Source: Eledone cirrhosa
Taxonomy: Eukaryota
DNA length: 64,000 nt
NCBI GenBank assembly: GCA_964016885.1
Contig: OZ024740.1
Location: forward strand, 40,796,001 to 40,860,000
Direction of reading: 5' to 3'
Below the pieces are notes generated by a model. That model had not been told where the DNA came from. It worked only from the letters and a program-made list of their open reading frames with translations, and ran no database searches. The stretch's first letter is position 1; each line of letters opens with the position of its first letter. Of the stretch, positions 25,599 through 39,300 are shown piece by piece. The position numbers were made by a program, and so were the translations under genes.

Positions 25599-27569
25599 TC
25601 ATCTTTTCCTGTCCAGTAAGTTTATATGCCCTATTATTAGACTATATTATGTCGTCAAAATATTACAGCGATGCTTCTATTTCTATTTACATTCCAAACT
25701 TTAGTGGTATTTCTATTCACTTCTCTTTATTCTTTCATTCTTGGTTTTATCTGCAAACCCTAAAAATAAACTTGAAATCTTAACACAATGGAACCCCACT
25801 TAAATACATGCACACACACACACCACAGAACAACAAAATGCTATCTGGGCCTTTATTCTGAATAGAAAAGGAACTTTCTATTTAAATCAATAGAATTTTC
25901 TAGTAAATCAATTGAATTCTAGCCTGTTGAACTGACTTCCATCTCACCATCCCACCTTCATAAAGAAAATATATATAAGAAGAGATTTTAAGAGAAAATT
26001 TACATATGTTCTAACTACCCACAGAATAAGAGAACAAACTTTAAAAATATTTGATGAGATTGACATACCAATCAAAATCGATAATATTTCATAATACTTA
26101 AATCTATTTAATGTAATTGCACAATTAAACCTCTCAAAGGAGATGACATAGGATCAAGATCTCTGGCAATATGCAGTACCACAGAAGAATCACCTTCCCA
26201 TGTGCATGACATGAAACAAACATATTGAGGACACTCGCATGTACGATTCCCCCCACCCCCCCACCCCCCACCCCACCCCAACCCACCCCGTCCATACACC
26301 TCTCGTGTCTAACCAATGCATTCAAGCATGGAAAGCTGGACATGTTCTTCCGAAATAGCAAAAAGCTTTTAGTGCACTCTGTAAAGTGGTCATGCTGGTG
26401 ATACAACAGGAGCTCCTAATTACCCTTGTTTTTCACCTTTTTTCCTCATATTTATGCTTTTTATCCATCTTCATTCATTTAATATAACAATATGCAGTAT
26501 AAAATCTGCCTTACCTGATTTCTGAGTGGTATGTATGTGTCTGGTAAATATCTTTAGGGCAATCACTGAAATAATAAAATATAAAAAGACCTGGTTGATG
26601 AGTGACATGCATCTGATAAATACCTTTAGTGAGGTCACTGGCATAATAAAATAGTTCAGAATATATACTTGATATACAATATATCTCACTTATTCAAACC
26701 AATTTGCTTTATGATACCATTTTAAAATGGAAATAGATACGGTGCATAATTACATTATATCATACAAACATTTAATTAGGTTAAATATTTTTCAGAAATT
26801 GAGTTTCAGTGGTTGGTGAAAATGTTATAAGTAGTTATTTTATGTTGCATATGGCTGGTTTGCTAATGAAAAAGTTAAGAAACTCAAGAATGACATACAA
26901 TTGAACCCCCGCCCCCTGCTTAATCTGAGGATTTATATATATCCTTCATTTTTAACATCAAATCTGACGAGAGGGAGGAGGTGGTGCATTATTTTTTTTT
27001 ACAGGTTTCAGTCGTTTGATTGCCTTCAACTGTTTAGTAAATTATATCAAAGTCACTGTTTCTATTTTTGTTGTTGAACCACTAAGTTACATGACAAACA
27101 AACACCATATGATTTTAAATGATGTAGTCATAATCCTACACATAGACACATTTACATATCATTATTATCATCTTCCTCATCACTGTTTAATGTTTATCTT
27201 TCCTTGCTTGTATGGGTTAGACAGGTTGTTATGTTATGGGATGATTCAGGTAAGGTGACCAAGTCTTGCTCATATGGATTTGAATTTTGGCTTGATTTTT
27301 ATTGATGGATGCTTTTCCTAACATCAACCATCTTACAAGGTTGACTGGGTGCTTTTTGTCATGTCACCAGACAGGAACACCAGGTGCTTTTTTCTTGTGT
27401 CACCAGCACAACCACCTTACAAGATGGACTGGGTTCTAAAGCTACTAGAACAAGTTGCTTATTGGTAGAAATATCTATTGTTTCATCTACAATAAGGAAG
27501 AACTTTGCTGAATGTATCTTATACAATAAATCATTGAAAGTATGGGGGGGGGGCCGATCACATTAGAAA

Positions 27570-28035
27570 AATTGCAAGTTCCTTTAGTTCTTGCTCACTT
27601 GATATCTTTGGTGATGTTTTAATCAGAACATATGTTGGCAATAAAGCCAGGCAAATGATCCAAAGTAACAATGGATAGGTTGTGCTCAACAATAAATCTG
27701 CACAGGTTCAGCTTAGTTAATGCTATTTTCTTTAAGTGAGCATAACATTGAGCAGGCTTTATGAAATCTGTCACCATCACTATTTCTTTTGCTACTTTTG
27801 GTGTTTTTCTGTCTCTTCATGCCTTACTATTTGACAAGCTAACAATTGTACAATTTACAGCAGCCTTTACTTGCATTCTTTTTACTCAATTCCTACCATG
27901 ATGAAAATTTCTTATTTAATAATTTTGATGGAACTTTTCTTTCATAAAAAGAGGATTTCAGTTTTTTCTTCTGAACAGTGTCATTTTCATCACTATCAAC
28001 ATGATATTCTATATTCACTTTTTTTACACTCATGA
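27570..28035 (-). mobile_element. hAT-type transposase remnant
   Basis: Minus strand reads LNLCRFIVEHNLSIVTLDHLPGFIANICSD*NITKDIK*ARTKGT, resembling the EHNxS..DHL..PDS..RTK segment of hAT transposases. Confidence 0.55.
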
Positions 28036-28289
28036 TGGGTTCAAAATATTTCTTAAAAAAGCAAAGCAGTTCAGATATCGAAAGATGACATCATCAAAGC
28101 ACAGCACGCTGTGATACAATTGCTTAGACTGAACTGTTATGGTTGTCTTTCAAGAATTTGTCTTCATCCATCTATATTTAAATGTCCGTGTGTACTGTCA
28201 GTGGAATCTATTCAAATAAAATGTCTACTGATCGATTGTGAGCAAATAGTGCGTTATTATTGGCTACCAGGATAATACAGAAGATGGTT

Positions 28290-28800
28290 AGCTACCATTC
28301 TCTGAATGCCTTGCTTCCCTGGGCATGGATACATTGAAGCTCCAGCGTTTGGCAACTGACTTGGTAAACACCCATAAAATTATTAACCATCTTTCCAACA
28401 AACAACCCTGAGTACTTTTTTGATTTCCATGTGTCTAACACATGTGGGCATGCCCACAAAGTCAGAAAACAGCGCAGCTCCCATGACTTTCGGAAACATT
28501 TTTTCACGCTCAGAGTTGCTGAAGCATGGAACAAACTACCTGCATCAGTTATTAGCTGTCGAGACACTGCATCCTTTAAAACCTCCATGCTTCCTGAGAT
28601 TCGCCAACACTACACTTAATATTCCCCCTCCATACACACGCACACATGTATATCATGACTCATACATTAATCAGTTCCCTGACATTTGTATATTATTCTA
28701 TTTTATATTTTAATAATTTATCCGGTGGAGATGTGGTCTATGTCGAGTTGTAGTGTACCTGAGCACTGTACACAATAATTTCATTATTATCATTATTATT
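28290..28800 (+). mobile_element. CR1-type LINE 3' end
   Basis: GHAHKVRKQRSSHDFRKHFFTLRVAEAWNKLP, 3'UTR and (ATT)n tail. Confidence 0.85.
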
Positions 28801-30223
28801 TTAATATGCAGAAGAGTTATTGATGTCAAGTGAGATCTGATGGGCAAATAGAATCAATGGATAGCTTTTCGATGTAGAAGTCGTTATAGCTGATAAATGG
28901 TAACTCATTGATGGTAACTTAATTGATTTTAGAATATCAATTAAGCCAAATTCGCAAAGCAAGTACAATCTCTAAAAAGTACCAAAAAATCAGGACTTGG
29001 TAACAGACGTACAGAAAAGTTAAATTAAGCACAAATAGTACCAAATTTGTACGAACGTACCGACTTCGGCAGCGCTGGCCAAAAATAGAATGTATAAGCA
29101 AGACATGGTCACTTGACTTGTCTAGTCTCAAAACGATGAGGATGAAGAATAGACCAGGGTTCTCAAAAGGACCATTACACCCTGGGTAAGAGGCACAGCA
29201 GGTCAAAAGTGAGATGGGGTGTAGAGCATGATTACTACTAATTATACTTGCTAATCTACAATACAGCTGATAAGGTGCTATATATTCATTAATTCTTTTC
29301 ATCAAAATGAATGTGTATATGATAGTAAGTGGGATATGTGAATTAGTACAAAATGTAGGTGAAGAAATTTTCCTTAAAATACATGCGTGATAAATTACCA
29401 AATTTTAGGAAAATATTAGTAATGAAAATTGTTCTGCTGTGGGCCATAGAAAAATAGTTTGCTGGCCACATGTTTCAGACCCCTTATAGCAATATAAATA
29501 TTTTCTATACAATAGATTATGTCATTGATTTAGTTCCATAGTTAATCAATTGTCTTATAAAAACTATAATCTATCGGGACCTGTGGAAATTCCACGTTTT
29601 ATGTTATTTCTATTTTGATGCATTAATTTATAGATTTTTATAACATTGTTTCATTATGTTTAAGATTTCAATTATTGTTTTCAGTTCCATAGTTAAGCAT
29701 AACTCTTGAACTTCTCCTTATTTCCTTCCATAGTTAAACTGTAAATTGTACCATGATGCTTGAGAAGGCGTGCTTCCGTCTACACTGACTATTTCCGGTT
29801 GAAAATAATTATCTCCCTTTACGAAACACGCTTAAGCAGCCATTAAGCTGTTCTGTAAGTTTGTCTTTAAAATCCATCGTCATCTCCTAAATTTATAATA
29901 TCATAATATATTAATTTTTAACAATTTAGATTAGTATAAGTATGAAGATTATGAAAATTATTTCTTTTGTTGTTTTTGTTCTATTTAATTTAATCATGGA
30001 ATGAATTTTGTAACATCTGTCCAGCACTGTTTTTATAGTTTTTCTTTTTGTATCTTAAAATCAATTAAATACAAATATTAAATTGAAATGCTTCAATTTT
30101 TTCATTATATATCAAATATTTATTTCATGTGGGCCTAAATACATTCCATTTTTTAAAAATATCTTTTGCTTAATCGATGATAAAATCTTAGATGTGAAGA
30201 CATCTCGATCCCATGCAAAAATA

Positions 30224-30246
30224 CCTTCTTTCAAGTTAAGGAAAAA
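30224..30246 (+). promoter_or_regulatory. Candidate TCT/5'TOP initiator and non-coding first exon of RPL38
   Basis: Pyrimidine tract CCTTCTTTC at 30224-30232, donor GTATAC at 30247 and acceptor at 30320; typical layout for a ribosomal protein gene. Confidence 0.5.
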
Positions 30247-30335
30247 GTATACAACGAAAAATAGTGTAATTATCAAAATATATTTTTGAAATGAATTTAA
30301 AATTTATTTTAATTTTTCAGGTTTAAATCTTCAGA

Positions 30336-33300
30336 ATGGTGAGTACTGTTAATTTTTCGTTTATTGACTAAATTTTATTTAAATATGTCGACTTGAATGA
30401 TATATATTGTACACATTATACACGATATAATTAGATTAACAAAATACGAATATGATCGCAGAAGAAAAACCTTTTGGAAGATTGAAAACAAAAAAGTGTT
30501 TGAGATTATTTTTAAAGTTGACAAATTAGAAACGCAATTTTGTTATATACACATTAAGTATATGACGATGGAAATGTTCACTATTAGGATATGACTATAT
30601 ACTCTCGTTTGTTCCTATCAATTTAGTATAAAGTTAGTCAAACCGTAAGAGGAAACTTTGGTAGGCCACGAACAGAATTTTCTCTTATTTTTACTTCTGT
30701 TAACGGAATATAAAACTGAGTTACAGTTAAGCCTTTATTTATAACTGATTTTGGCGATATCCAATTTTAGTGGACTAAATGCTGCTTACGTGCTGTAATT
30801 GCTGTTTACTTCAATGTATGAGGCTATTCCAACAAATTTACATTCCCCTTTTTTTAGCCGTTAAAAGAAATATAGATTTATTTATTGTTTTGTTTTTTTT
30901 TGCGATTTATTTGCCACTGGGGCATAGATTTCTTTATTTGCCACGGGGGAAGTTTTTACAAAAATCAAGTACAAACATTTAACGAGTGATTAAAAAGGAA
31001 TATAAAAAATTAAGTCCTCAATAGAGAGGCAGCCTTTACACACACCCCCGTAGAAAGTGTGCGACTTTTCTGCCAGGGAGCACAGAGAGAGGGGGGTGCT
31101 CCCTTCTCTTACCTGTACAAGCCGATATAGAGAGATGGCCCGCTTACACGGGCCATTATTGCTACTTTCACCCATCTTTCATGGAATTGGCTGGGACTGA
31201 GTGCCTTTCTCTCCACCTTGATCCTTCTTTCGAAGTGGTATCGGAAGAAGAGGACCATTTGTTGGCCGGCGACTTATCCCCACAGATCGGCAAAAAAAAA
31301 CAAAAACGTGGCAAATAAAGAAATCTATGCCCCAGTGGCAAATAAATCGCAAAAAAAACAATAAATAAATCTATATTTCTTTTAACGGCTAAAAAAAGGG
31401 GAATGTAAATTTGTTGCAATAGCCTCATACATTGAAGTAAGCAGCATTTAGTCCACTAAAATTGGATATCGCCCTAATTTTTTCTGCTGTCTTTTCATGT
31501 AATTTTTAAACGATCTGTTTCTCTAAAGCGATATAATTTGTACACGAGCTCTGAAAACGAGTAAAGCACGTGTTGTAAGGAGTATTAACATCACAAATTT
31601 CACATTAGGATAGATTATAGACAATTATTTACACAAACAATTTCTCATACACATTTAACCCGTTAAACTTTGTTTTACATGATCCGTCACGTGGAGTTTT
31701 CTTTTCCTGCTTACATTTTAACGAAAACTGAATATTTTTTTTTTACAATGGAAATTCTTTAAAAAGGGATAAAATAGCTTAAATGTGCAATTTCCGAATC
31801 TTGCTCTAGTGCTCTTTTATGAAAGAGGTTGAAGGGTATAAATACCTTATTTTCCTTGGTGATTGATCTAGTGACAACGAGCTTATTACAGTGATTAAAT
31901 GTTAGAAAGATTAAACACTCTTTCATTTACATTGTACAGATAAAGCTAAGAAGAGTTAACAGCACAAACTTTTAAAGCAGTGACTTTATTGCTAATTTAT
32001 ATTTCATTATGGCATTTGGTTTTGTTGGGACCACATCGTCTTTGTCATACTTCAATTTATCCCGTGACCAACATTTACTAATTTCTTACCTTCTTCATGT
32101 GTCTTCGTCATCCATTAACTTCGACTAGAACTGATTCATACACATTTTTCATTTATCTCGTGGATTTACTGTTTCATAATAGTAGTTTGATTTGTTATGA
32201 TTCTGGTGCTGATCAAATATTGGCCCAAATTGACTTTTTAAACAGAAAATATTACACTACACTTCGTAATGTCTTGAATTCATGTTACATCATAATCATT
32301 TAACGTCCGCTTTACCTACTGACAAGGGTTGGACGGGGCTGTATACTCAGACCAAGTCAGTACTGAAGCGTTCCAGACCGAGTGCAGATTGTCTTGACAA
32401 ACTGAAGAATCCTCCTAACCTGTTCATCGGCAAGATTTTTATGATTGTAAGGGTGTTGATGGATAGACAGTGCACTCAATATTGAGATGCAGATTGACCC
32501 ATTTGAGTAGTGGTTCATTTTGTTACATTATCTGAAATGAATTTTTGTTGACTGCGAGAAGAAAAGATATATATGTATAGTCATGTTTATTGTGATAACA
32601 TCACTGAAGTTACAATTACGTAGCCTTTAGCAGGACTTTATGAACTTGTACATGATGTTGCATGTATTACGTTAGTTTCTTTTACAGAGACTGTGATCAG
32701 AACTTACCACTGATACAAGTTCATAGCTAACTGCTAACTACAACTTTTGGGTGGATAAGACATTCTAATTAATACAAATATATGTAAATCTGAAAGCTGT
32801 TTTTGCAGTAAAATGCAAAAAGTTTGACCTTTTAAAAGCATTTTGTATATCAATTGACAAAAAAAAAATGTTTTCAGAAAACCAATTCACCAAAATGTGT
32901 TTACCAGCTTTTAGAATATACACGTCTCCCACCTCCCCATCATATGGTGTGCCTGAAAGAGTTGGGGCCAGGAAGAGCATTTTGGGCCATAAAGTATTGG
33001 AAGAGGCTATGTAGCCGGTAAGAGAGTCAGACACTTGAGTTGTGGCCAGAGTTAAGAAAATTTGAAATCTTTTCCCACCATCAATTGTTAAAAAACAAGT
33101 TAAAATCATTTCGTCGTCCATTCGTAACGTACGTTACGCATTAGTTACATATACACATCTCCACATAAATAACAGAATGGAGGGGCTGGTGAAACGCTAT
33201 AGTGATGTGTGTTGTGTCCCATTAGGGTTTTCAGTCTACATAGCTTATTCGTAAAATATTTCCTTAAAAAATCCTGCTATTGCCTAATTTACTGAAGGGA

Positions 33301-36300
33301 AAGATAGATTTGTTTCCCCAAATGGGAAATGATAAACTCTGCCTTTGTAATTTTAATCTAAAACATCTTCATTGAATTTTTTAAATAATCTCTCTATTTT
33401 TGTTACAGCCACGGCAAATATCTGAAATAAAAGAATTTTTGTTGACTGCGAGAAGAAAAGATGCCAAATGTAAGTCTTACATTCAAATATTTTCTAAATC
33501 ATTCTGTTTAGGATTTATAAATTGTATAGCTATCAAAATATGTTGAATGTGTCGGCAGGAATTAATGGGTAATGTTTACATGGTTTACAGTGCATCTTCG
33601 CTTATCTGGATATCGCTTTTCCGAAATTCGATTTACCACACGGCTATTTCTATACTACAAACTGTGTGTATTTGAAGGTTTATGTTTATCTGAGGGTTTA
33701 TGAAGTTTATAGAAAACGCGCCTAGTGCCGGTTGGCAACTTGTGCCTAGCCGTAACACGTGGCGTGTATTGATTTCTTTTATTTGATTGACTGTTTAAAA
33801 GCTAAGAAAACTAACTTGGCTCTCAGTTAAACAATGGCTGGAGAAAAACGAAAGTGAGTTGTTTTGACTATCGCGGATAAGCTCTCTATATGATGCATTG
33901 AAAAAGAAAACAACTACGCCAAATGAACTCGCGAAAAGATACAATGTCGGGACGTCTACAATATCGGATATCAAACGGTCGGAAGCCAAGCTGCGCGGAT
34001 TTGTATCTGAAAAATTCCAAATTGGTTTGAAGGGAGTGGAAAAGAAAGAGAAATGCCTGAAAACGTCAGACTACGAGCAATTAGACCAGGCATTGTACAT
34101 TGAAGATTTCATCGAATGCTTTGAGAATGACGGGTTAGGGTATTAACGTTTCGATGACGTCGGAAAAGTCGAAAGGGGGATGACGAAGAAGAGGAAGTTT
34201 TAGTCGAGAAACGCCCCGTGACGCATGCGGAAGCACATCATCATATAGACCAATTTTTAACATATTTGAGGTGTGAGGGACTGGCGGATCCGGTTAGCAC
34301 TGCGACATGTTTACGTTGGCGGGAAATGGTAGCGGAACGACGAGCTTCAGCGTGAAAACAATCTTCTATTTATAACTTTTTATGGTTTGATTCAATTCAG
34401 TTTTACCAAGTTTTTGTTTGTTTAATTCTTATGTTTGTTTAATTAATTTTCTTATAAATTCTAGCTGTTCTTTTGTTATTCTAATAAACTTTCTGTACTT
34501 AGCATTTGTCTTTTATTTTGACTAAATGAAGCCAAAACATTAGAAACCACGAGCATTATGTAACAATGGGATTTTAGAATTCACTTAACCGTGTAGGTAA
34601 CACGGTAAAAAGTTCCCAGTTCCACACTGTAAATGTGGTTGGTGTTAGGAAGGGCATCCAGCCTTAGAAAGCCTGCTAGATAGTCCTATACCAACATTGC
34701 CTCAAGTGGGACAACTCCTGTCTAACCCATGCTAGCGTAGATGAACATTAAACGATGATGATGATTATCCGGATCTTTTTCTAACTGTTTGGTTTTGACT
34801 GTGTCCGGATAAGCGAAGATTCACTGTATTGGTATTTCTTCTGGTTCTCTGCTCTGAGTTCGCCCAGTTCAACTTTGTCTTTCATCTTTTTTGGGGTAAA
34901 GAGTAATTGTTTCTACTTCTGACACAAGGCCAACAATTATCCCAGTGCATTACTGGTGCTTTATTTTACCGACCCCATAAGGATGAAAGGCAAAGTTAAC
35001 CATGGCGGGATTTAATAAATAATAGTGCTAGTTCAGGAGCAGTGGATTGGTGTTATGGTTAAAATGGCGGAAAAGGAGTTTTGTGGTGTCTGATCCAGCT
35101 ATGTGTATTCTGAGTTGAAATTCCATGTCCAGTAGATAGTATCAGCAATGGAAAGTTTGTTTTCTTCAATCTGATAAGCTTTTTTCCTTTATTTCTGGAG
35201 AAATTTTACAAAGAATGTCTATATGGTCATTCTATAGTCGATTTATTGTGATTACATTACTGAAGTTACAATTAGCCTTTCTTTAGGACTTTATGAACTT
35301 GTACATGATGTTGCATGTATTACGTTAGTTTCTTTTACAGAGACTGTGATCAGAACTTACCACTGATACAAGTTCATAAGTTAACAGCCTCTGGGGGTGA
35401 AAATTATAAGTGCTGAATTATACATTATTGATATGAATGCTTTGCATACATTTTCTGTCAGTGTTTGTTTTAATTTCTTTATAATAATGTTTAGAAATTG
35501 TAAATTAAATTTTCTCAAACGTTATCTCTTTCCAGCTGTAAAAATTAAGAAGAACCGCGATAATGTCAAATTCAAGGTTCGTTGTAGCCGTTTCTTGTAT
35601 ACACTTGTTATACATGATAGAGAAAAGGCTGACAAATTAAAGCAATCTTTACCACCAGGTTTGTAGTATTGTTTAACTGTTTTCTAATTAATGTGTTTGT
35701 TTAATGGTCATGTTATAATCAGCTGCCATGATTTATGGTGAAAATTAATCTAAAATGTTAGTGTTATATATAAACCAGTTTAAAACCTATATGATGTATT
35801 TTCCATGCTCCCCATGACTGAATTTTGATCACAATTTTTAACTGATACAGGCTTTATTAACATACTTTCATTAACATGAGTGGTTACTAACTATAACATT
35901 GGAACATGGTGATGTGATTACAGATTCCATTTACAGAGGTACATCACCAAATTTTCTCAACTATGGCAAATGTAGAGAAAGAGTGCATAGAGAATTTGTT
36001 TACAAGAAAAAATAGATTGCCTAATTTACCAAGGATTAATATTAATATATCTATATATTTCATGTAAAAAAAATAAAATATATTCTGGAAACAAGGTGTC
36101 ATATAACTATCAGATTAATTGTATTAAATTTTAAATTAAATTTAAAATATAACTACCAAATTGAGTTTACATTACCTGTGGGGAAATTTAAATAGAGAGC
36201 AACAGATGCTTTAATCTGTACAACTAGGTTTACTCTGCTGTTTACAGAAATATATAATATTTTGTATCTTTCCTTTTCTTGATATGACTAATAATTGTTT

Positions 36301-39300
36301 CTACTTTTGGCACAAGGCCAGCAATATCACAGTGTATTACTGGTACTTTATTTCATCGCCCCCATAAGGATGAAAGGCAAAGTTAACCTTGGCGGGATTT
36401 GAACTCAGACCATAAAGATCCATAACTCTTTGTTGCAAAGCACGGCGTCCAACCCTCTACCGATACTGCCGATCCATATATATTGGACTCGTTTCTGTTG
36501 TGTTGTAATTTAATCTATTTTGGAGGGGCTTATTAAAATATCTAGATAAACAGGTAGATTCATATAAGATTTTATTGGTACTGACAGGTTACTATAAGGG
36601 CTTGTGTGTATTTGAACACTTCAGTACAGGCAAGTAGCTATGATAAGGGCTCATGTATTTGATGTTATAGGGTCTAGTTTTCTGATAATAAATTGAATAT
36701 TCAGGTTTATATAGAATTATATATATTGGACGGATAGGTGTCCTCATCTTGTTTTGCTGTTAACGTTTCGGCTGATGTACTCTCCAGCCTTCATTAGGTG
36801 TCCTAATGATGTTATTAACGTTTGTTCAGGTCATTGCCTAGAATTATACTCGGAATCTTGAGGTTAGCCCGCTTTTTAACCACTTTTTTTTTTTTTTAGG
36901 GCTTATAAACTGATATTTTTCAATCCTTCCTAAAAATATCAGTTTCTAAGCCCTATAAAAAAAAAAAAGTGGTTAAAAAGCGGGCTGCTAACCTCAAGAT
37001 TCTAGGCAGTGACCTGAACAAACGTTAATAATAACATCACTAGGACACCTGAAGAAGGCTGGAGTGTACATCAGCCGCAACGTGTTAACAACAAAACAAG
37101 ATGAGGACACCTATCCGTACAATATATATATGTAAATAATTCCTCATCTCAAAAATATAGAACAGTTTTATATAGAATGTTGATAATTAATATAATTAGT
37201 TGCTCCTTGATTGATGAAGATGACCTCCTCCACTGGCCTGGGAAATACTGCAAAGTTTATGGAGACTGAGAGAGGTTACGTCCTATAACCACTAAACTAA
37301 ACCCTAAAATAGTATAGGATGGAGGCTACCACTTTCTATAACTTCTGAACTAAACCCATAAAATAGTAACTAATGCAATTGTTATCCTTGAGTGATGATT
37401 AAGCTTTGACACCTCTTGTTTGAGTGTCTTCACTGACACAATGCACGGAAAGCTTTCACTGACTTGGATTTTATCTCTCCACTTTTTAATCTGGGAGTAG
37501 ATTTAATATATTTGATAAATGGAAACAATTCTTTTGGTACACAACTATAAACATTGGTATTTTTTTTTAGTTAGTCACTGTAAGGGATGTTCTTTATTTA
37601 GAAATAGGGTTTTTTATTTGAGTTAGCATCTTACCTAATGCTGCTTTATCCATTTAAATCAAAAGATATCATCATCATCATCATCATTTAATGTCCGCTT
37701 TTCCCTGCTTGCAAGGGTGGGACAGGAACTGATTCTGGCTTGATTTCTACAGCTGGATGCCCTTCCTAACACCAACCTCATTTACAGTGAGTGCTGAGTG
37801 CTTTTTTGCCGTGGCACCTCCACCATCTCATTTCTACAGCTGAGTAAACTGGAGCAATGTGAAATAAAGTGTCTTGCTCAAGGAAACAACACATCACCCG
37901 GTCTGAGAATTGAACTCACAACCTTTCGATTGCAAGGCCAATGCTCTAACCACTAAGCCATGTGCCTCCATATCTTTCTAATAAAGCTGTTGGACTCAAC
38001 TTAGCCATCCCATTGTGGGGAAGTTTATACTGTAGATATTATTGACCTTGGGGTTAAGATGTTTGATTCCAGATCATAAGATTGTGGGTCAGTTGAGACA
38101 TTGTGTTCTGGGATAAAACATATTTCACATGGCTTTTTGTGATAGGACTAGGGCCAGTATTAAAATTCATGTGAAACTTCCATATGAGATACAACCTGAA
38201 AGAGGCCAGTTAGACCTTTCTTTATATGTATCTGTGACCTATAAACTTCATTATGAAGTCAAGTCGATGGTAATTTCTCTCAATATCTTATGTTTAATTC
38301 CAACTATATTTCCATCAGCCACTATTTGAACTGTTAAGGTAACGTTTTAATGGTAGACTTTCTTGGTCTCAGGTTGTTGTTTGCCTGATCAAGATCAGTA
38401 CTCAGTTTCCGGGGTCGACAAACTTTGGCTGAGCCTAATGTTTAGGTTAATACCACTGCCTGGCCATGACTGTCTTCTATAGAATCTAGTTTTAAACTCT
38501 GGACAGATCTACCTAAAATGAAACTCTGGCATTCCTCTGAACTAAACCCCCAAAATGGTAACTAATACAATTGTTGATCCTTGAGTGATGATTAAGCTTT
38601 GACACCTCTTGTTTGAGTGTCTTCACTGACACAATGCACGGAAAGCTTTCACTGACTTGGATTTTATCTCTCCATTTTAATATATTTGATAAATTGAAAC
38701 AATTCTTTTGGTACACAAATATGAACAATGGCATTTTTTCTGAGTTAGTCACTGTAAGGGATGTTCTTTATTTAGAAATAGGGTTTTTACTTCAATTTTT
38801 ATTGAGTTAACATCTTATCTAATGCTGCTTTATCCACTTAAATCAAAAGATATCTTTCTAATAAAGCTGTTGGACTCAACTTAGCCATCCCATTGTGGGG
38901 AAGTTTATACTGTAGATATTATTGACCTTGGGGTTAAGATGTTTGATTCCGGATCATAAGATTGTGAGTCAGTTGAGACATTGTGTTCTGAGATAAGACA
39001 TATTTCACATGGCTTTTTGTGAGAGGACACTATTTTATTAATATTCCTGTGAAATGCAGTGTATGCGTGTGAGCTGTAAAATTCTCAAAAAACCTCTTTA
39101 CTTAATGAAACCTCAAGTGATTAGTTTCCAAGATCAACAATGAGGAGGTTGACAAACTTGGGTCGAGCCCATGTTGGCTTGGGTTAATACCACTGCCTGG
39201 CCATGACTGTTTTCTATAGAATCTATAATATTTCAAACTCTGGACAGCTCTCCTTTCTCTATATTTAAACCCTGGTAAACCCTGCATTTCCTTCTGAACT

